From an uncultured Acidimicrobiia bacterium (GTDB lineage Bacteria > Actinomycetota > Acidimicrobiia > Spongiisociales > JAENVV01): a stretch of 64,000 nucleotides of DNA. Position numbers and translations under genes: made by a program. The stretch lies in NCBI GenBank assembly GCA_963752075.1, contig CAVVWO010000007.1, forward strand, positions 137,984 to 201,983, given 5' to 3'. The notes beneath the pieces are model-generated. The model saw only the letters and a program-made list of their open reading frames with translations. It did not search any database and had not been told where the DNA came from. Position 1 is the first letter of the stretch; each line of letters opens with the position of its first letter. This document shows, one piece after another, positions 30,326 through 40,657 of the stretch.

Positions 30326-31731
30326 TGAGCAGGCACGCCATCGACGGTGTCGAAATCAGGGTGCTTCACCCTTCCGGCAGGACCCCAGCGCATCACGGCA
30401 TAGCCAAACAGCCCGGCGAAGAGCGATCCGGCGAAGATGCCGATCTTGGCTCGGTCAGCGAGTTCCGGGGCGTCCGGGAATGCCAGTCCGGCGATGAAGA
30501 GTGCCACGGTGAAGCCGATACCGGCCATGGCCGACAGGCCGACGACATGCGACCAGGTCGTTCCCTTCGGAAGCCTTCCGATCCCGGTCTTGACGGCTAC
30601 GAGGGTCGCCAGGCTGATACCGGCGATCTTCCCGACTACGAGTCCCATCCCGACGCCCAAAGTGACCGGATGGGTGATGGCATCACTCAAGGAGATCCCC
30701 TCGAATCGGACGCCGGCGTTGGCCAGGGCGAAGACCGGCACGATCGCATACCCGCTCCACAACTGGAGTGCATGTTCGACCCGATTCAAAGGCGCAATCG
30801 ACTCCACGGCTACCTTCGAGAGCAGCCGGGCCTCGTGATCGACTCGCTCCCGATCCGCTTGGGTGTCCTCGCCGACCGGGTAGGTATCGATGATCCGCCG
30901 GGCCTCTCGGTCGAAGGTGCGAGCGTCGAGGAGCGGGCGGGCCGGGGTGATCAGGCCGATCGCCACACCGGCCAGCGTTGCGTGTACCCCTGATTCGAGA
31001 AAGAAGAACCAGGCCAAGAAGGCGACCGGCACATAGAAGATGAGGGATCGCACCCTGACCCGATTCGCCACGAACATCACCGCTATCGCCAGAAGTCCGA
31101 GCATCAGCCACACCGCGGAGAGATCGGCCGTGTAGAAGATGGCGATGACGATGATCGCCCCAACGTCGTCGGCGATAGCCAGGGCCAGGAGGAAGAGCTT
31201 CGCCCCGACGGGCACCCGTCGTCCCAGGAGGGCGACGACGCCGAGCGAGAAGGCGATATCGGTCGCCATCGGGATTCCCCAGCCGCTCGACCCCTCTCCC
31301 GAGCCGACGAAGAGCACGTAGATCAGCGCAGGGACGATCATTCCTCCCAGAGCGGCGATGGCAGGAAGAGCGGCTGCTTTCGGATCTCGTAGCTCGCCGA
31401 GGACCAACTCGCGCTTGATCTCGAGTCCCACCACGAAGAAGAAGATGGCCATGAACCCGTCGTTGATCAGTTCTCTGAGCGTCTCCTCGAGATGCAGCGG
31501 ACCGAACACCAATTCGAATTCGGTTTCCCAGAACGACTCGTAGGTGCCGCCGATCCGGGAGTTGGCCCACACCAGGGCTATCACGGCGGCCAAGAGGAGG
31601 ACGACCCCGGAGGACGCCTCAATCTGCGTGAACCGGAGTGCGGGGCGTACGAAGGCGCGCGGAATCATCCGATCCGACTGGAGGAAGGATGAAATCGGGT
31701 GTTCGTCAGCCATGAGCGACAAAGGGTACAC
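30322..31731 (-). CDS. nhaA: Na+/H+ antiporter NhaA
   Basis: IEASSGVVLLLAAVIALVWANS...FFVVGLEIKREL...IPMATDIAFSLGV...LLALAIADDVGAI matches NhaA. The start may instead be the downstream MADEHP. Confidence 0.9.
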   Translation of the reverse strand: MYPLSLMADEHPISSFLQSDRMIPRAFVRPALRFTQIEASSGVVLLLAAVIALVWANSRIGGTYESFWETEFELVFGPLHLEETLRELINDGFMAIFFFVVGLEIKRELVLGELRDPKAAALPAIAALGGMIVPALIYVLFVGSGEGSSGWGIPMATDIAFSLGVVALLGRRVPVGAKLFLLALAIADDVGAIIVIAIFYTADLSAVWLMLGLLAIAVMFVANRVRVRSLIFYVPVAFLAWFFFLESGVHATLAGVAIGLITPARPLLDARTFDREARRIIDTYPVGEDTQADRERVDHEARLLSKVAVESIAPLNRVEHALQLWSGYAIVPVFALANAGVRFEGISLSDAITHPVTLGVGMGLVVGKIAGISLATLVAVKTGIGRLPKGTTWSHVVGLSAMAGIGFTVALFIAGLAFPDAPELADRAKIGIFAGSLFAGLFGYAVMRWGPAGRVKHPDFDTVDGVPAQ

Positions 31732-31777
31732 GGGTCATCGAACCGTCAATTCCAACCTGAGTCGGAAACCGGGTGAG

Positions 31778-32353
31778 TCAGTTCGTGGAAGCCAGAAAAT
31801 CGTCGAACCCGCTGTCGTCGAAGGTGAACACCGGGGCCATCATCATCACTATCGCCGGCGAGCCGTTGTCAGAGCTGAACACCCCCAACTCCTGGCGGAC
31901 CTCGGTGCCGTCGTCGGCTGCGCCCACGTAGATCTCGAGGTCGACCTCATCCCCGTTGATCAGAGCGGTTCGAGTGCCTTCGTAACGGAAGTCGATGTTC
32001 TGCCCGCTTTGGCTGCTGAACTCCCCGCCTGCCTGAGAACGGAGTTCGTCCTCGGAGGTTCCGCTCGGGAGGCTGATGAGAAAGAGGACGGCGCCATCTC
32101 CGGCGATGTCCCCTCCGGCGTCGAAAGTGGTGGCAGCCATCATGGCTCGCACCCCGAGAATGTCCATGCCGAAGAAAGGTTCGAAATCGTCCGGTAGGTC
32201 GTGCGTCATTATCTCCTGCCCGATCGTCGACGCTTTGTCGGCGCTCAGGGTGAAACTGTCTCCGACCACCCGCGCCAACAGAAATCCGATGCCGCCGGCA
32301 ATGACTACCAGCACCGCAACGATGCCGAGAACGATCTTGGTGGTTTTACTCAT
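31778..32353 (-). CDS. Membrane-anchored hypothetical protein
   Basis: It has an N-terminal TM helix, IVLGIVAVLVVIAGGIGFLLA, followed by a soluble domain. No family is recognised. Confidence 0.5.
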   Translation of the reverse strand: MSKTTKIVLGIVAVLVVIAGGIGFLLARVVGDSFTLSADKASTIGQEIMTHDLPDDFEPFFGMDILGVRAMMAATTFDAGGDIAGDGAVLFLISLPSGTSEDELRSQAGGEFSSQSGQNIDFRYEGTRTALINGDEVDLEIYVGAADDGTEVRQELGVFSSDNGSPAIVMMMAPVFTFDDSGFDDFLASTN

Positions 32354-32416
32354 GCGCGCCCTGCTCCGGGTGACGACCGAGGATAGGTTACCTGCAGAGC
32401 CGCACTGGCCCTCTCG

Positions 32417-33442
<1,026 letters not shown>

Positions 33443-33581
33443 TGTGTGGCTCGCTTTCTGGTGGCGTCGGATACCAAGTTAGCGCCTTCGGTACGAGGTG
33501 ATCCAAGCCGGTGCCAGGCTCGTCGTCTACGCACGCTGTTTTCGACACGACGTTGGTTCCTCAGCCATCTATGGTTGCTGT

Positions 33582-34013
33582 GTGGTTGCCAAGAACCCCG
33601 TCCTGCGCGCGCTACTCATGACCCTCGGCTTCGTGAGCGTGGCTACTGCCGTTGCGGGTTTGTTCATGCCCGTGATACCCACGACTGGCCCGGTTCTGCT
33701 GGCCGGATTCGCCTTCTCCCGTTCGTCGGAACGTTTCGACGGCTGGCTGGTCGATCATCGTTACTTTGGACCGATCATTCGTGACTGGCGGGCGGGTCTG
33801 GGATTCACGATTCGGGCCAAGGTGGTTGCGGTGGCGGCCATCGTCGCCTCGTTCACGCTCACGTTGACGGTGGCGATCACCGGCATGGAGGGCCGCATCG
33901 CCATGATTGCGCTGGCGCTCGCCATCGCCTCGTATGTCGTCACGCGTCCCACGAAAGCGCCTTCGATGACGGCTCCGGGCGAGCCGGCGTTGGCCTTCGA
34001 AGCCCCGGAATAA
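33582..34013 (+). CDS. DUF454 (YbaN-like) inner membrane protein
   Basis: LGFVSVATAVAGLFMPVIPTTGPVLLAGFAFSRSSERFDGWLVDHRYFGPIIRDW matches DUF454. The start is taken at GTG 33582. Confidence 0.7.
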   Translation: MVAKNPVLRALLMTLGFVSVATAVAGLFMPVIPTTGPVLLAGFAFSRSSERFDGWLVDHRYFGPIIRDWRAGLGFTIRAKVVAVAAIVASFTLTLTVAITGMEGRIAMIALALAIASYVVTRPTKAPSMTAPGEPALAFEAPE

Positions 34014-34107
34014 CACCGCCCCAACCCGTTCGGCCCGGCTCCGACGCCATCCTCGTTTCTCATTTCGTTGCAGTATTCAACAGTTGACATAGCCCCGACT
34101 GCCTTCG

Positions 34108-34581
34108 ATGATTCAGTGGATGACGAAGATCAGCACGGCACAGATGGGCGCCTGGCGGAGCTTTCTCGAGCTACACGCCCGTGTGATCCGGGTCCTCGAG
34201 ACCGAACTCCACAGAGCGGAAGGCCTTCCGCTCAGTTGGTATGACGTACTCGTCCAACTCAACGAAGCCGGCGGCCGAATGCGGATGGGAGAACTCGCCG
34301 ACCGGATTCTCATCAGTCGGTCGGCAACGACCCGATTCGTGGAGCGGCTCGAAAAGGCCGGGTTGATCGTCCGGGAGGCCTGTGCAACCGACCGACGAGG
34401 GACCTTCGTCGTGCTCACTGATAACGGCAAAGGAGTACTTCGGGACGCCGCTCCCACCCATCTCGCCGGCGTCGAGGAACATTTCACTCGGCATCTGAGC
34501 GGGACTGAGGCGAGGCAACTCAGCGCCACGCTTGAAAGGTTGCTTCAGCTCCAGACGTCCCATGAAGACCAGCCGAACTGA
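34108..34581 (+). CDS. MarR-family transcriptional regulator
   Basis: The winged HTH is LSWYDVLVQLNEAGGRMRMGELADRILISRSATTRFVERLEKAGLIVRE...DRRGTFVVLTDNG. Confidence 0.8.
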   Translation: MIQWMTKISTAQMGAWRSFLELHARVIRVLETELHRAEGLPLSWYDVLVQLNEAGGRMRMGELADRILISRSATTRFVERLEKAGLIVREACATDRRGTFVVLTDNGKGVLRDAAPTHLAGVEEHFTRHLSGTEARQLSATLERLLQLQTSHEDQPN

Positions 34582-34777
34582 CCCCGCCGAGCGCGGCTCG
34601 GGCGCCCTGCGAACGGATCGACCCGGACCGAAGCCCGGGTCGATGCCCCCCTTTTGCGGTTCCTGACATCGACAGAGAACCGTTGGCTCCATCGTATCCC
34701 GACGCGGATTCGACCGCATCGGCCGGAAGAACGAATCACGGCTCCCCCGTGAGGGGGAGGAATTCGTCTCTTGGGCG

Positions 34778-35440
34778 CTAGCGCGGCGCCCTAGGAACGA
34801 CGAAACCCGTTTCGTACGCCAGGATGACGGCCTGGACCCGGTCCCTGAGATGTAGCTTTGAGAGCAGGTTCGAGACGTGGGTCTTGATAGTGCTCTCTCC
34901 AACGTAGAGCTGGTTGGCGATCTCGGCGTTCGTGAGTCCCCGGGCCAGGAGGCGAAGCACTTCCTCTTCTCGCTCGGTGAGGTCGTCGAGGCCCTGATTG
35001 GGCGCTGGGCGGCGCGGGCTTTCGGTCAGTTGCTGGATCAGCCGTTTCGTGATCGACGGGGCCAGGGCCGCTTCTCCCGTGGCTACGGTGCGCACGGCCG
35101 CAATCAGATCCTCCGGGAGCGCGTCTTTGAGGAGGAAACCGCTCGCGCCGGCCGAGAGGGCGTCGTAGATGTACTCGTCAGGGTCGAACGTGGTCAGCAT
35201 GATTACCCGAATCGACCCTGACGCTACCGCCATGATTCTTCGCGTCGCCTCGATTCCGTCGAGCCCAGGCATCCGAATGTCCATGAGCATGACCTGCGGA
35301 GCCAGCCGCCCGGCCAGGGTGACCGCCGCATTACCGTCCGCTGCCTCGCCGACGACGCTGATGTCGTCTTCGCCCTCGAGGATCATCCGGAAGCCCGCTC
35401 GCACCAGATCTTGGTCGTCGGCCAGGACTACTCGGATCAT
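34778..35440 (-). CDS. NarL/LuxR-family response regulator
   Basis: It has a canonical receiver (IRVVLADDQDLVR...VMLMDIRMPGLDG...GASGFLLKD) and a GerE HTH (LTEREEEVLRLLARGLTNAEIANQLYVGESTIKTHVSNLLSKL). Confidence 0.9.
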   Translation of the reverse strand: MIRVVLADDQDLVRAGFRMILEGEDDISVVGEAADGNAAVTLAGRLAPQVMLMDIRMPGLDGIEATRRIMAVASGSIRVIMLTTFDPDEYIYDALSAGASGFLLKDALPEDLIAAVRTVATGEAALAPSITKRLIQQLTESPRRPAPNQGLDDLTEREEEVLRLLARGLTNAEIANQLYVGESTIKTHVSNLLSKLHLRDRVQAVILAYETGFVVPRAPR

Positions 35441-36672
35441 TGCGGGTCTCTCACAGGTAGTTCGGCGTGGACCCTGAAGCCCACCCCGTTGACGTTTCCC
35501 ACTTCAACACTGCCTCCGAAAAGGGCTACTCGTTCTCGAATGCCGATGAGGCCATGACCGCGGCTGCTTCCGTTGGGTGCGCCTCCACCGTTGTCGACGA
35601 CATCGATCATGAGCAAGCCTGGGGTGTACCGGGTGGTGACCTCGGCAGAGACGTTCTGGCCACCGTGCTTGACAGTGTTGGTGAGCGCCTCCTGAATGAT
35701 CCGATAGGCGGACAGCTCCACAGGTCCGGGTAGCACCTGCTGTTCGCCCTCGACGACCAGCGTAACGGGCACTCCGGCTGCACGGACCTGATCGGCGAGT
35801 TGCTCCAACGTCGTCAGACCCGGTTGTGGCTCCAGGCTCCGGTCTCCCCGCATCACCGCCAAGACGAGCCGGATCTCCGCCAGAGCCTGGCGCCCTGCCG
35901 CCTCGATGGAACCGAGGGCCTCCATCAGATGCTCGGGTTGCGAGGCGCCTACCCGCTGGGCGGCCGTGGCTTGCACGACGATGACCGAAACACTGTGGGC
36001 CACGATGTCGTGCAATTCTCTGGCGATGGCAGTTCGCTCCTGTGCGATGGCGAGGATGATCTGATCAGCGCGCGCCTCTTCGAGGAGGCGGTTGCGGTCC
36101 TCCAACTCCTCCTGGTTGGCCCGCCGAGCGGCCACCGTTTCGGAGAGGATCCACACCCCAGGAATGAGCACGAACGAGAGGAGGACGGATGAGAGCTCTC
36201 CTTTCGAGAACACGAAGCCACCGAGCACCACCACACCGAAGGGCACGGTCGTCAAGGCGCGGAATCGATCCGCCTGCTCCTTGGGATAGTCGAGTCGGAT
36301 GAAGTAGAAGACCGCCAGGGCAGCCACGATCGTGGCGGCAGGTACTCCACCCCGAGCCTCGAGACCGGCCGCCGCTGTCAACATCACCATGGCGGCCAGC
36401 GCCGACGAACGGCGTCGGGCCACAAACGGAAGCGTCCCCAACGCGATGAGGCTGACGCGGATGCCTTGAGGAGAACTCGGGGACCAGTTGATCTCCGCCA
36501 GGCTGACCCCCATGAGCGTCACGGCGATGGCGATGTCGGAGAGAAGAGGATGGCCTGAGTAGAGGGCGCGCAATCGCTCGGTGATGGACATGAGAAGGAC
36601 TCTACGACCCGGAGCCCGGCGCCGCATCCGCCGGTCGACCGATTCGGTCTCGGCCTCCCGGTGGAGCTGCAT
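35437..36672 (-). CDS. Sensor histidine kinase (HisKA_3 type)
   Basis: It has multiple N-terminal TM helices, the H-box IARELHDIVAHSVSVIVVQ and an ATPase domain, ALTNTVKHGG...DNGGG...GHGLIGIRER. A 4-nt overlap joins it to the regulator gene. The start may be downstream, near 36591. Confidence 0.85.
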   Translation of the reverse strand: MQLHREAETESVDRRMRRRAPGRRVLLMSITERLRALYSGHPLLSDIAIAVTLMGVSLAEINWSPSSPQGIRVSLIALGTLPFVARRRSSALAAMVMLTAAAGLEARGGVPAATIVAALAVFYFIRLDYPKEQADRFRALTTVPFGVVVLGGFVFSKGELSSVLLSFVLIPGVWILSETVAARRANQEELEDRNRLLEEARADQIILAIAQERTAIARELHDIVAHSVSVIVVQATAAQRVGASQPEHLMEALGSIEAAGRQALAEIRLVLAVMRGDRSLEPQPGLTTLEQLADQVRAAGVPVTLVVEGEQQVLPGPVELSAYRIIQEALTNTVKHGGQNVSAEVTTRYTPGLLMIDVVDNGGGAPNGSSRGHGLIGIRERVALFGGSVEVGNVNGVGFRVHAELPVRDPQ

Positions 36673-36683
36673 AAGCTGGGGTC

Positions 36684-37364
36684 GTGTCGATACCTGGTCT
36701 GACTCGCGCTCAAATGATCGAAGTCGATCGCATCATGATCGAAGACATCGGCATTTCTCTGCTGCAGATGATGGAGAACGCCGGGCGGAATCTGGCGCGC
36801 TTGACGCTCGATCGATACCGCCCGGGGAGCGTGACGGTCCTGGTTGGCTCAGGAGGAAACGGTGGCGGGGGAATGGCTGCTGCTCGCCATCTCGCCAACA
36901 CCGGGATCGAAGTCACCATCGTGTCGACACGGCCGGTCGAGAACCTCTCGGGGGCCGCTCGGCGGCAGGCGGACATCCTCGGCGCCATGGACGTAGCGCT
37001 CTCGACCGATGTTCCGGCGCGGCGTGGTGATCTCATCCTCGATGCGCTGGTCGGATACAGTCTTTCCGGTGAGCTGCGCGGTAGGGCGGCCGAGTTGGTT
37101 GGTTGGGCGATGGAAACCGGCGTGCCTGTGCTCTCGCTCGACGTTCCGAGTGGCTTGGACGTGGATGGAGCACCGCCCGAGAGGCAGGTGATCAGCGCTG
37201 ACGCCACCATGACTCTGGCGCTGCCCAAACGGGGTCTGTTCGGGTCGCCCCATGTCGGCGAGCTCTTCGTGGCTGATATCTCCGTGCCTCCCTCGGTGTA
37301 CGACCGATTCGGTTTGGATGTTCCGGCGGGACTTTTTGTGACAGGATCGGTCATCTCGGTCTGA
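36684..37364 (+). CDS. NAD(P)H-hydrate epimerase (YjeF N-terminal domain family)
   Basis: LLQMMENAGRNLARL...VLVGSGGNGGGGMAAARHLAN...ILDALVGYSLSGELRG matches the YjeF_N pattern. Confidence 0.75.
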   Translation: MSIPGLTRAQMIEVDRIMIEDIGISLLQMMENAGRNLARLTLDRYRPGSVTVLVGSGGNGGGGMAAARHLANTGIEVTIVSTRPVENLSGAARRQADILGAMDVALSTDVPARRGDLILDALVGYSLSGELRGRAAELVGWAMETGVPVLSLDVPSGLDVDGAPPERQVISADATMTLALPKRGLFGSPHVGELFVADISVPPSVYDRFGLDVPAGLFVTGSVISV

Positions 37365-37411
37365 ACCCGTGACGATCTCGCTGAGCGAACCACTGGGCTA
37401 CCCTTCCGGCC

Positions 37412-38071
37412 GTGCGGTTGGTGATTGCGAAATGCTCGGTTGACTATGAAGGTCGCCTCACGGCCTACCTGCCGCCGGCAGTCCGATTGCTCATGGTGAA
37501 GGCCGATGGGTGTGTGGCAGTCCATGCCGACGGGGGAGCGTACAAGCCGCTCAACTGGATGAACGCTCCCAATCACATCGAGGAATTCGATGATCATTGG
37601 GTGATCACCAACCCGAAGGGTGAGCGCCTCACCATCAACCTGGAGGAGATCGTTTCCGACACGGCGTTCGAGATGGGCATTGACCCCGGACTTCAGAAGG
37701 ACGGAGTCGAGGCGCACCTGCAGGTGTTGTTGTCCGAGAAACCGCACGTCATGGAGGAGGGCCTCGAGCTGATTCGCCGTGAATACCCGACCGACATCGG
37801 ACCGGTCGATCTGCTCTGTCGGACGCCGGGTGGGGAGACCGTGGCGGTCGAGATCAAACGGCGTGGGGACATCGACGGAGTCGAACAGCTCGTGCGATAT
37901 CTCGAACGCCTCAACCACGATGGACGCCTGGCTCCGGTTCGAGGGCTCTTCGTCGCACAGCTCATTGCGCCTCAAGCCAAGACGCTGGCTGAAGCACGCG
38001 GCATCGGCTGGCTGGAGGTCGACTACGACGAGCTCAGAGGAATCGAGTCGAATATCCCTCGGCTGTTCTGA
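37412..38071 (+). CDS. nucS: Endonuclease NucS (EndoMS)
   Basis: [40 protein letters not shown]...GPVDLLCR...VAVEIKRRG...VEQLVRYLE matches NucS. Confidence 0.9.
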   Translation: MRLVIAKCSVDYEGRLTAYLPPAVRLLMVKADGCVAVHADGGAYKPLNWMNAPNHIEEFDDHWVITNPKGERLTINLEEIVSDTAFEMGIDPGLQKDGVEAHLQVLLSEKPHVMEEGLELIRREYPTDIGPVDLLCRTPGGETVAVEIKRRGDIDGVEQLVRYLERLNHDGRLAPVRGLFVAQLIAPQAKTLAEARGIGWLEVDYDELRGIESNIPRLF

Positions 38072-38076
38072 GCGCC

Positions 38077-38542
38077 GTGCTGAACGTCGTCCTCTACCAG
38101 CCCGAGATACCCCAAAACACCGGCAACATCATGCGTCTGTGCGCCAACTCCGCCACGGCGCTCCACCTGATCCACCCACTCGGCTTCCGGTTGGACGCAG
38201 CCAAGCTTCGGAGGGCCGGCATGGACTATCGCGAGTATGCGGACGTGAGCGAACATGCCGATCTCGATGCCTATCTCCTGGCTGAATCGCCGGGTCGGAT
38301 CTACGCCTTCACCCGCAACGGCACGGTCAACCACACCGAGGTGAGCTATGGCGACGGCGACGCGCTCCTGTTCGGCCCGGAGTCGGTTGGCCTCCCCGAC
38401 GAGGTTCTGGTCAGGTCCGAGCTGACCGGCACGATTCGGATCCCGATGGTGCCACGGTCGCGCAAGTCTCAACCTCGCCAACTCGGTGGCGATCGCGATC
38501 TACGAGGCCGCCCGCCAAGGTGGCTTTCCGTTCGCCGACTGA
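38077..38542 (+). pseudogene. trmL: tRNA (cytidine/uridine-2'-O)-methyltransferase TrmL with a 1-nt frameshift near the 3' end
   Basis: The N-terminus is MLNVVLYQPEIPQNTGNIMRLCAN...ALLFGPESVGLPDEV...IRIPMVPRSR. The conserved tail SLNLANSVAIAIYEAARQGGFPFAD-stop lies in the +1 frame. Removing one A at 38464-38465 restores it. The read-through 246-aa ORF would overlap the convergent peptidase gene. Confidence 0.8.
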
Positions 38543-38582
38543 CCGCGTGGGATTGCCCCGACGCGGTCCTCGCGGTGGTCGG

Positions 38583-39914
38583 TCAACCAGCCAGGAGGCG
38601 CAGGGCGATCGCTTCGGCAACGCATCCTCGCCGGAGGTCCTCCAGTTCGAGGCTCTCGTTCGGTCCGTGCGCGGCGCTGGTGGGGTCGGCCACGCCGGTC
38701 AGAAGGATCGAGGCGTCGGGATATCGCTCCGAGAAGGCAGCCACAAAGGGAATCGATCCACCTACACCCATCTCGACCGGTTCGGTTTCCCAGGCCTCGG
38801 CGAAAGCGGCCCGGTAGGCGTCGTAGCTGGGCCCTGTGGTGTCGAGGGCATAGGCGTCTCCCCACGCACCGGGCTTCACGGTCACCGTGGCACCCCACGG
38901 TGCGTTCGACTCGAGATGGTCGACGAGGGCGTCCATGGCCGCCTTGGGGTCTTGTCCGGGTGCGATCCGAAGGCTCACCTTGGCACTGGCCACTGGAATG
39001 AGCGCGTTGATGGCGTCGGCGACGGGCGGCGCATCGATCGCCAAGACCGAACAGGCGGGTTGGGTCCAGGTCTTTGCATTCAAGGTTCCAGGAGCACCGA
39101 TGATCTGGACACCGTCGAGGGCGCCGGCGACCGACCGAGCTTCGTCCTCGGTGAGGTCGAGAGCGGGCGCGTCCGAGCTCTTCAGGCCGGCGATCGCTAC
39201 CTCCCCGGCGTCGGTGTGGAGCGTGGCGAGGAGCCGCGCCAGCGAGGTGAGGGCGTCAGGAAAGAGGCCGCCGAACATGCCGCTGTGCACGGCGTTCTCG
39301 AGGGTTCGGACCTCGACGACGCAATCAACCAGGCCCCGCAACGACGTGGTGAGCGCCGGAACCCCGACCCGCCAGTTCCCGGAGTCGGCGATCACAATCG
39401 TGTCGGCCGAGAGCAGCTCGCCGAACTCGGCCAGATATTGGCTCAAATGCACCGAGCCGATCTCTTCCTCACCTTCGACGAAGACCTTCACCCCCACCGG
39501 TGGCTTCCCGCCGTGGGCGCGAACTGCGGCCAGATGCATGACGATGCCTGCCTTGTCGTCGGAGCTTCCCCGGCCGTAGAGGCGCCCATCCTTCTCCACC
39601 GCGACAAACGGGTCACCGTCCCAGCCCAGGCCGGACGGTTGCACGTCGTGATGAGCGTACAGAAGCACGGTCGGAGCCCCCGCAGGCGCCGGGATCTCGC
39701 CGAACACGGCTGGATGGGAACCCTCGATCTCCAGCAACTGCACGTTCTCGAATCCGGCTTGTTCGAGGAGCCCCAGGGTGGCCCGGGCGGATGCCAGGAC
39801 ATCGGGGGCGTGCGCGGGGAGTGAACTCACCGACGGAATCGAGACGAGCCCGCGGAGCTGCTCGATGATTTCGGGAAAGAAGGAATCTACGGCTGAGCGA
39901 AGGTCGGAGTGCAT
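38583..39914 (-). CDS. M20-family dipeptidase
   Basis: LLYAHHDVQPSG...GWDGDPFVAVEKDGRLYGRGSSDDKAGIVMHLAAV...FVEGEEEIGS matches the M20 family. Confidence 0.85.
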   Translation of the reverse strand: MHSDLRSAVDSFFPEIIEQLRGLVSIPSVSSLPAHAPDVLASARATLGLLEQAGFENVQLLEIEGSHPAVFGEIPAPAGAPTVLLYAHHDVQPSGLGWDGDPFVAVEKDGRLYGRGSSDDKAGIVMHLAAVRAHGGKPPVGVKVFVEGEEEIGSVHLSQYLAEFGELLSADTIVIADSGNWRVGVPALTTSLRGLVDCVVEVRTLENAVHSGMFGGLFPDALTSLARLLATLHTDAGEVAIAGLKSSDAPALDLTEDEARSVAGALDGVQIIGAPGTLNAKTWTQPACSVLAIDAPPVADAINALIPVASAKVSLRIAPGQDPKAAMDALVDHLESNAPWGATVTVKPGAWGDAYALDTTGPSYDAYRAAFAEAWETEPVEMGVGGSIPFVAAFSERYPDASILLTGVADPTSAAHGPNESLELEDLRRGCVAEAIALRLLAG

Positions 39915-39958
39915 CCCGCCAGGCTACTTGGGACCGATCTGGTAGGCGGGGCACCGCC

Positions 39959-40553
39959 GTGTCCGCCACTACGCTGGTCGCCGTGGAGTGGGTGAGCGCG
40001 ATCTTTTCGGCCTTTGGGCTTTCGGCCAGTGCAGGCCTCAATGCCTACATACCTCTCCTGATGGTTGGCCTTCTCAATCGCTTCACCAGCTGGTTGGATC
40101 TGAGTGATCCCTATGCGCTGCTCTCCAACACCTGGGTCCTGGCGGTGCTCGGGGTGCTCACCCTCATCGAGGTGCTGGCCGACAACATCCCCGTCGTCAA
40201 CCACATCAACGATGCCATCCAGACGTTTGTTCGCCCGGTGGCGGGAGCGATCGTGGCGGCAGCCTCGTCCGATGCTGCATCCGTCAATCCTGTTCTGGCC
40301 GTGGTGGCAGGGCTGCTGGTGGCCGGTTCGGTGCATGCCACCAAGTCCGTCGTGGTGCGCCCGGCGGTGAATGTGTCGACCGCAGGGTTGGGCAATACGC
40401 CGGTCAGTGTCACAGAGGACGTTCTGGCGGTCGCCGTTTCGTTCTTGGCCGTGCTCATTCCGATCGTCATCGGGATTCTGCTCATCGTGGTGCGTGACGC
40501 CGCTGGTCCTCTGGTGGATTCGGCGCCGTCGGAAGCCCCACGCTCCTGCCTGA
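39959..40553 (+). pseudogene. DUF4126 membrane protein with an apparent 1-nt frameshift near the 3' end
   Basis: The body is SAFGLSASAGLNAYIPLLMVGLL...LIEVLADNIPVVNHINDAIQTFVRPVAGAIVAAA. The expected basic tail LVLWWIRRRRKPHAPA-stop is in another frame from about 40486-40496. Otherwise the frame runs on into the next gene. Confidence 0.55.
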
Positions 40554-40610
40554 GTCCTTGTTGTCTCGACGACCCGGCTTGCGATGGGCGCGTTAGGTTG
40601 ATCGGAGAGT

Positions 40611-40649
40611 CCGATCAATGGACCCGATCAATGGACCCGATCAATGGAG
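40611..40649 (+). repeat. 13-bp tandem repeat x3 in the 5' leader of the acyl-CoA dehydrogenase gene
   Basis: The copies are CCGATCAATGGAC, CCGATCAATGGAC and CCGATCAATGGAG. The last copy contributes the GGAGGAG RBS 8 nt before ATG 40658. Confidence 0.8.
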
Positions 40650-40657
40650 GAGCCCTC

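Noticed and set aside
36710-37975. 421-aa minus-strand ORF
   Set aside because: It is antisense to the YjeF_N-family and nucS genes, and its composition is Arg/Ser/Pro-rich.
38543-38817. C-terminal extension of the 246-aa TrmL ORF call
   Set aside because: The conserved TrmL C-terminus lies in the +1 frame and stops at 38542. The extension would also overlap the convergent peptidase gene.
38520-39824. 434-aa plus-strand ORF
   Set aside because: It is antisense to the M20 dipeptidase gene, which has clear catalytic motifs.
40611-40649. Short tandem repeats considered as a CRISPR array
   Set aside because: The units are 13-15 bp and directly abutting, with no spacers and only 2-3 copies. No cas genes are present.
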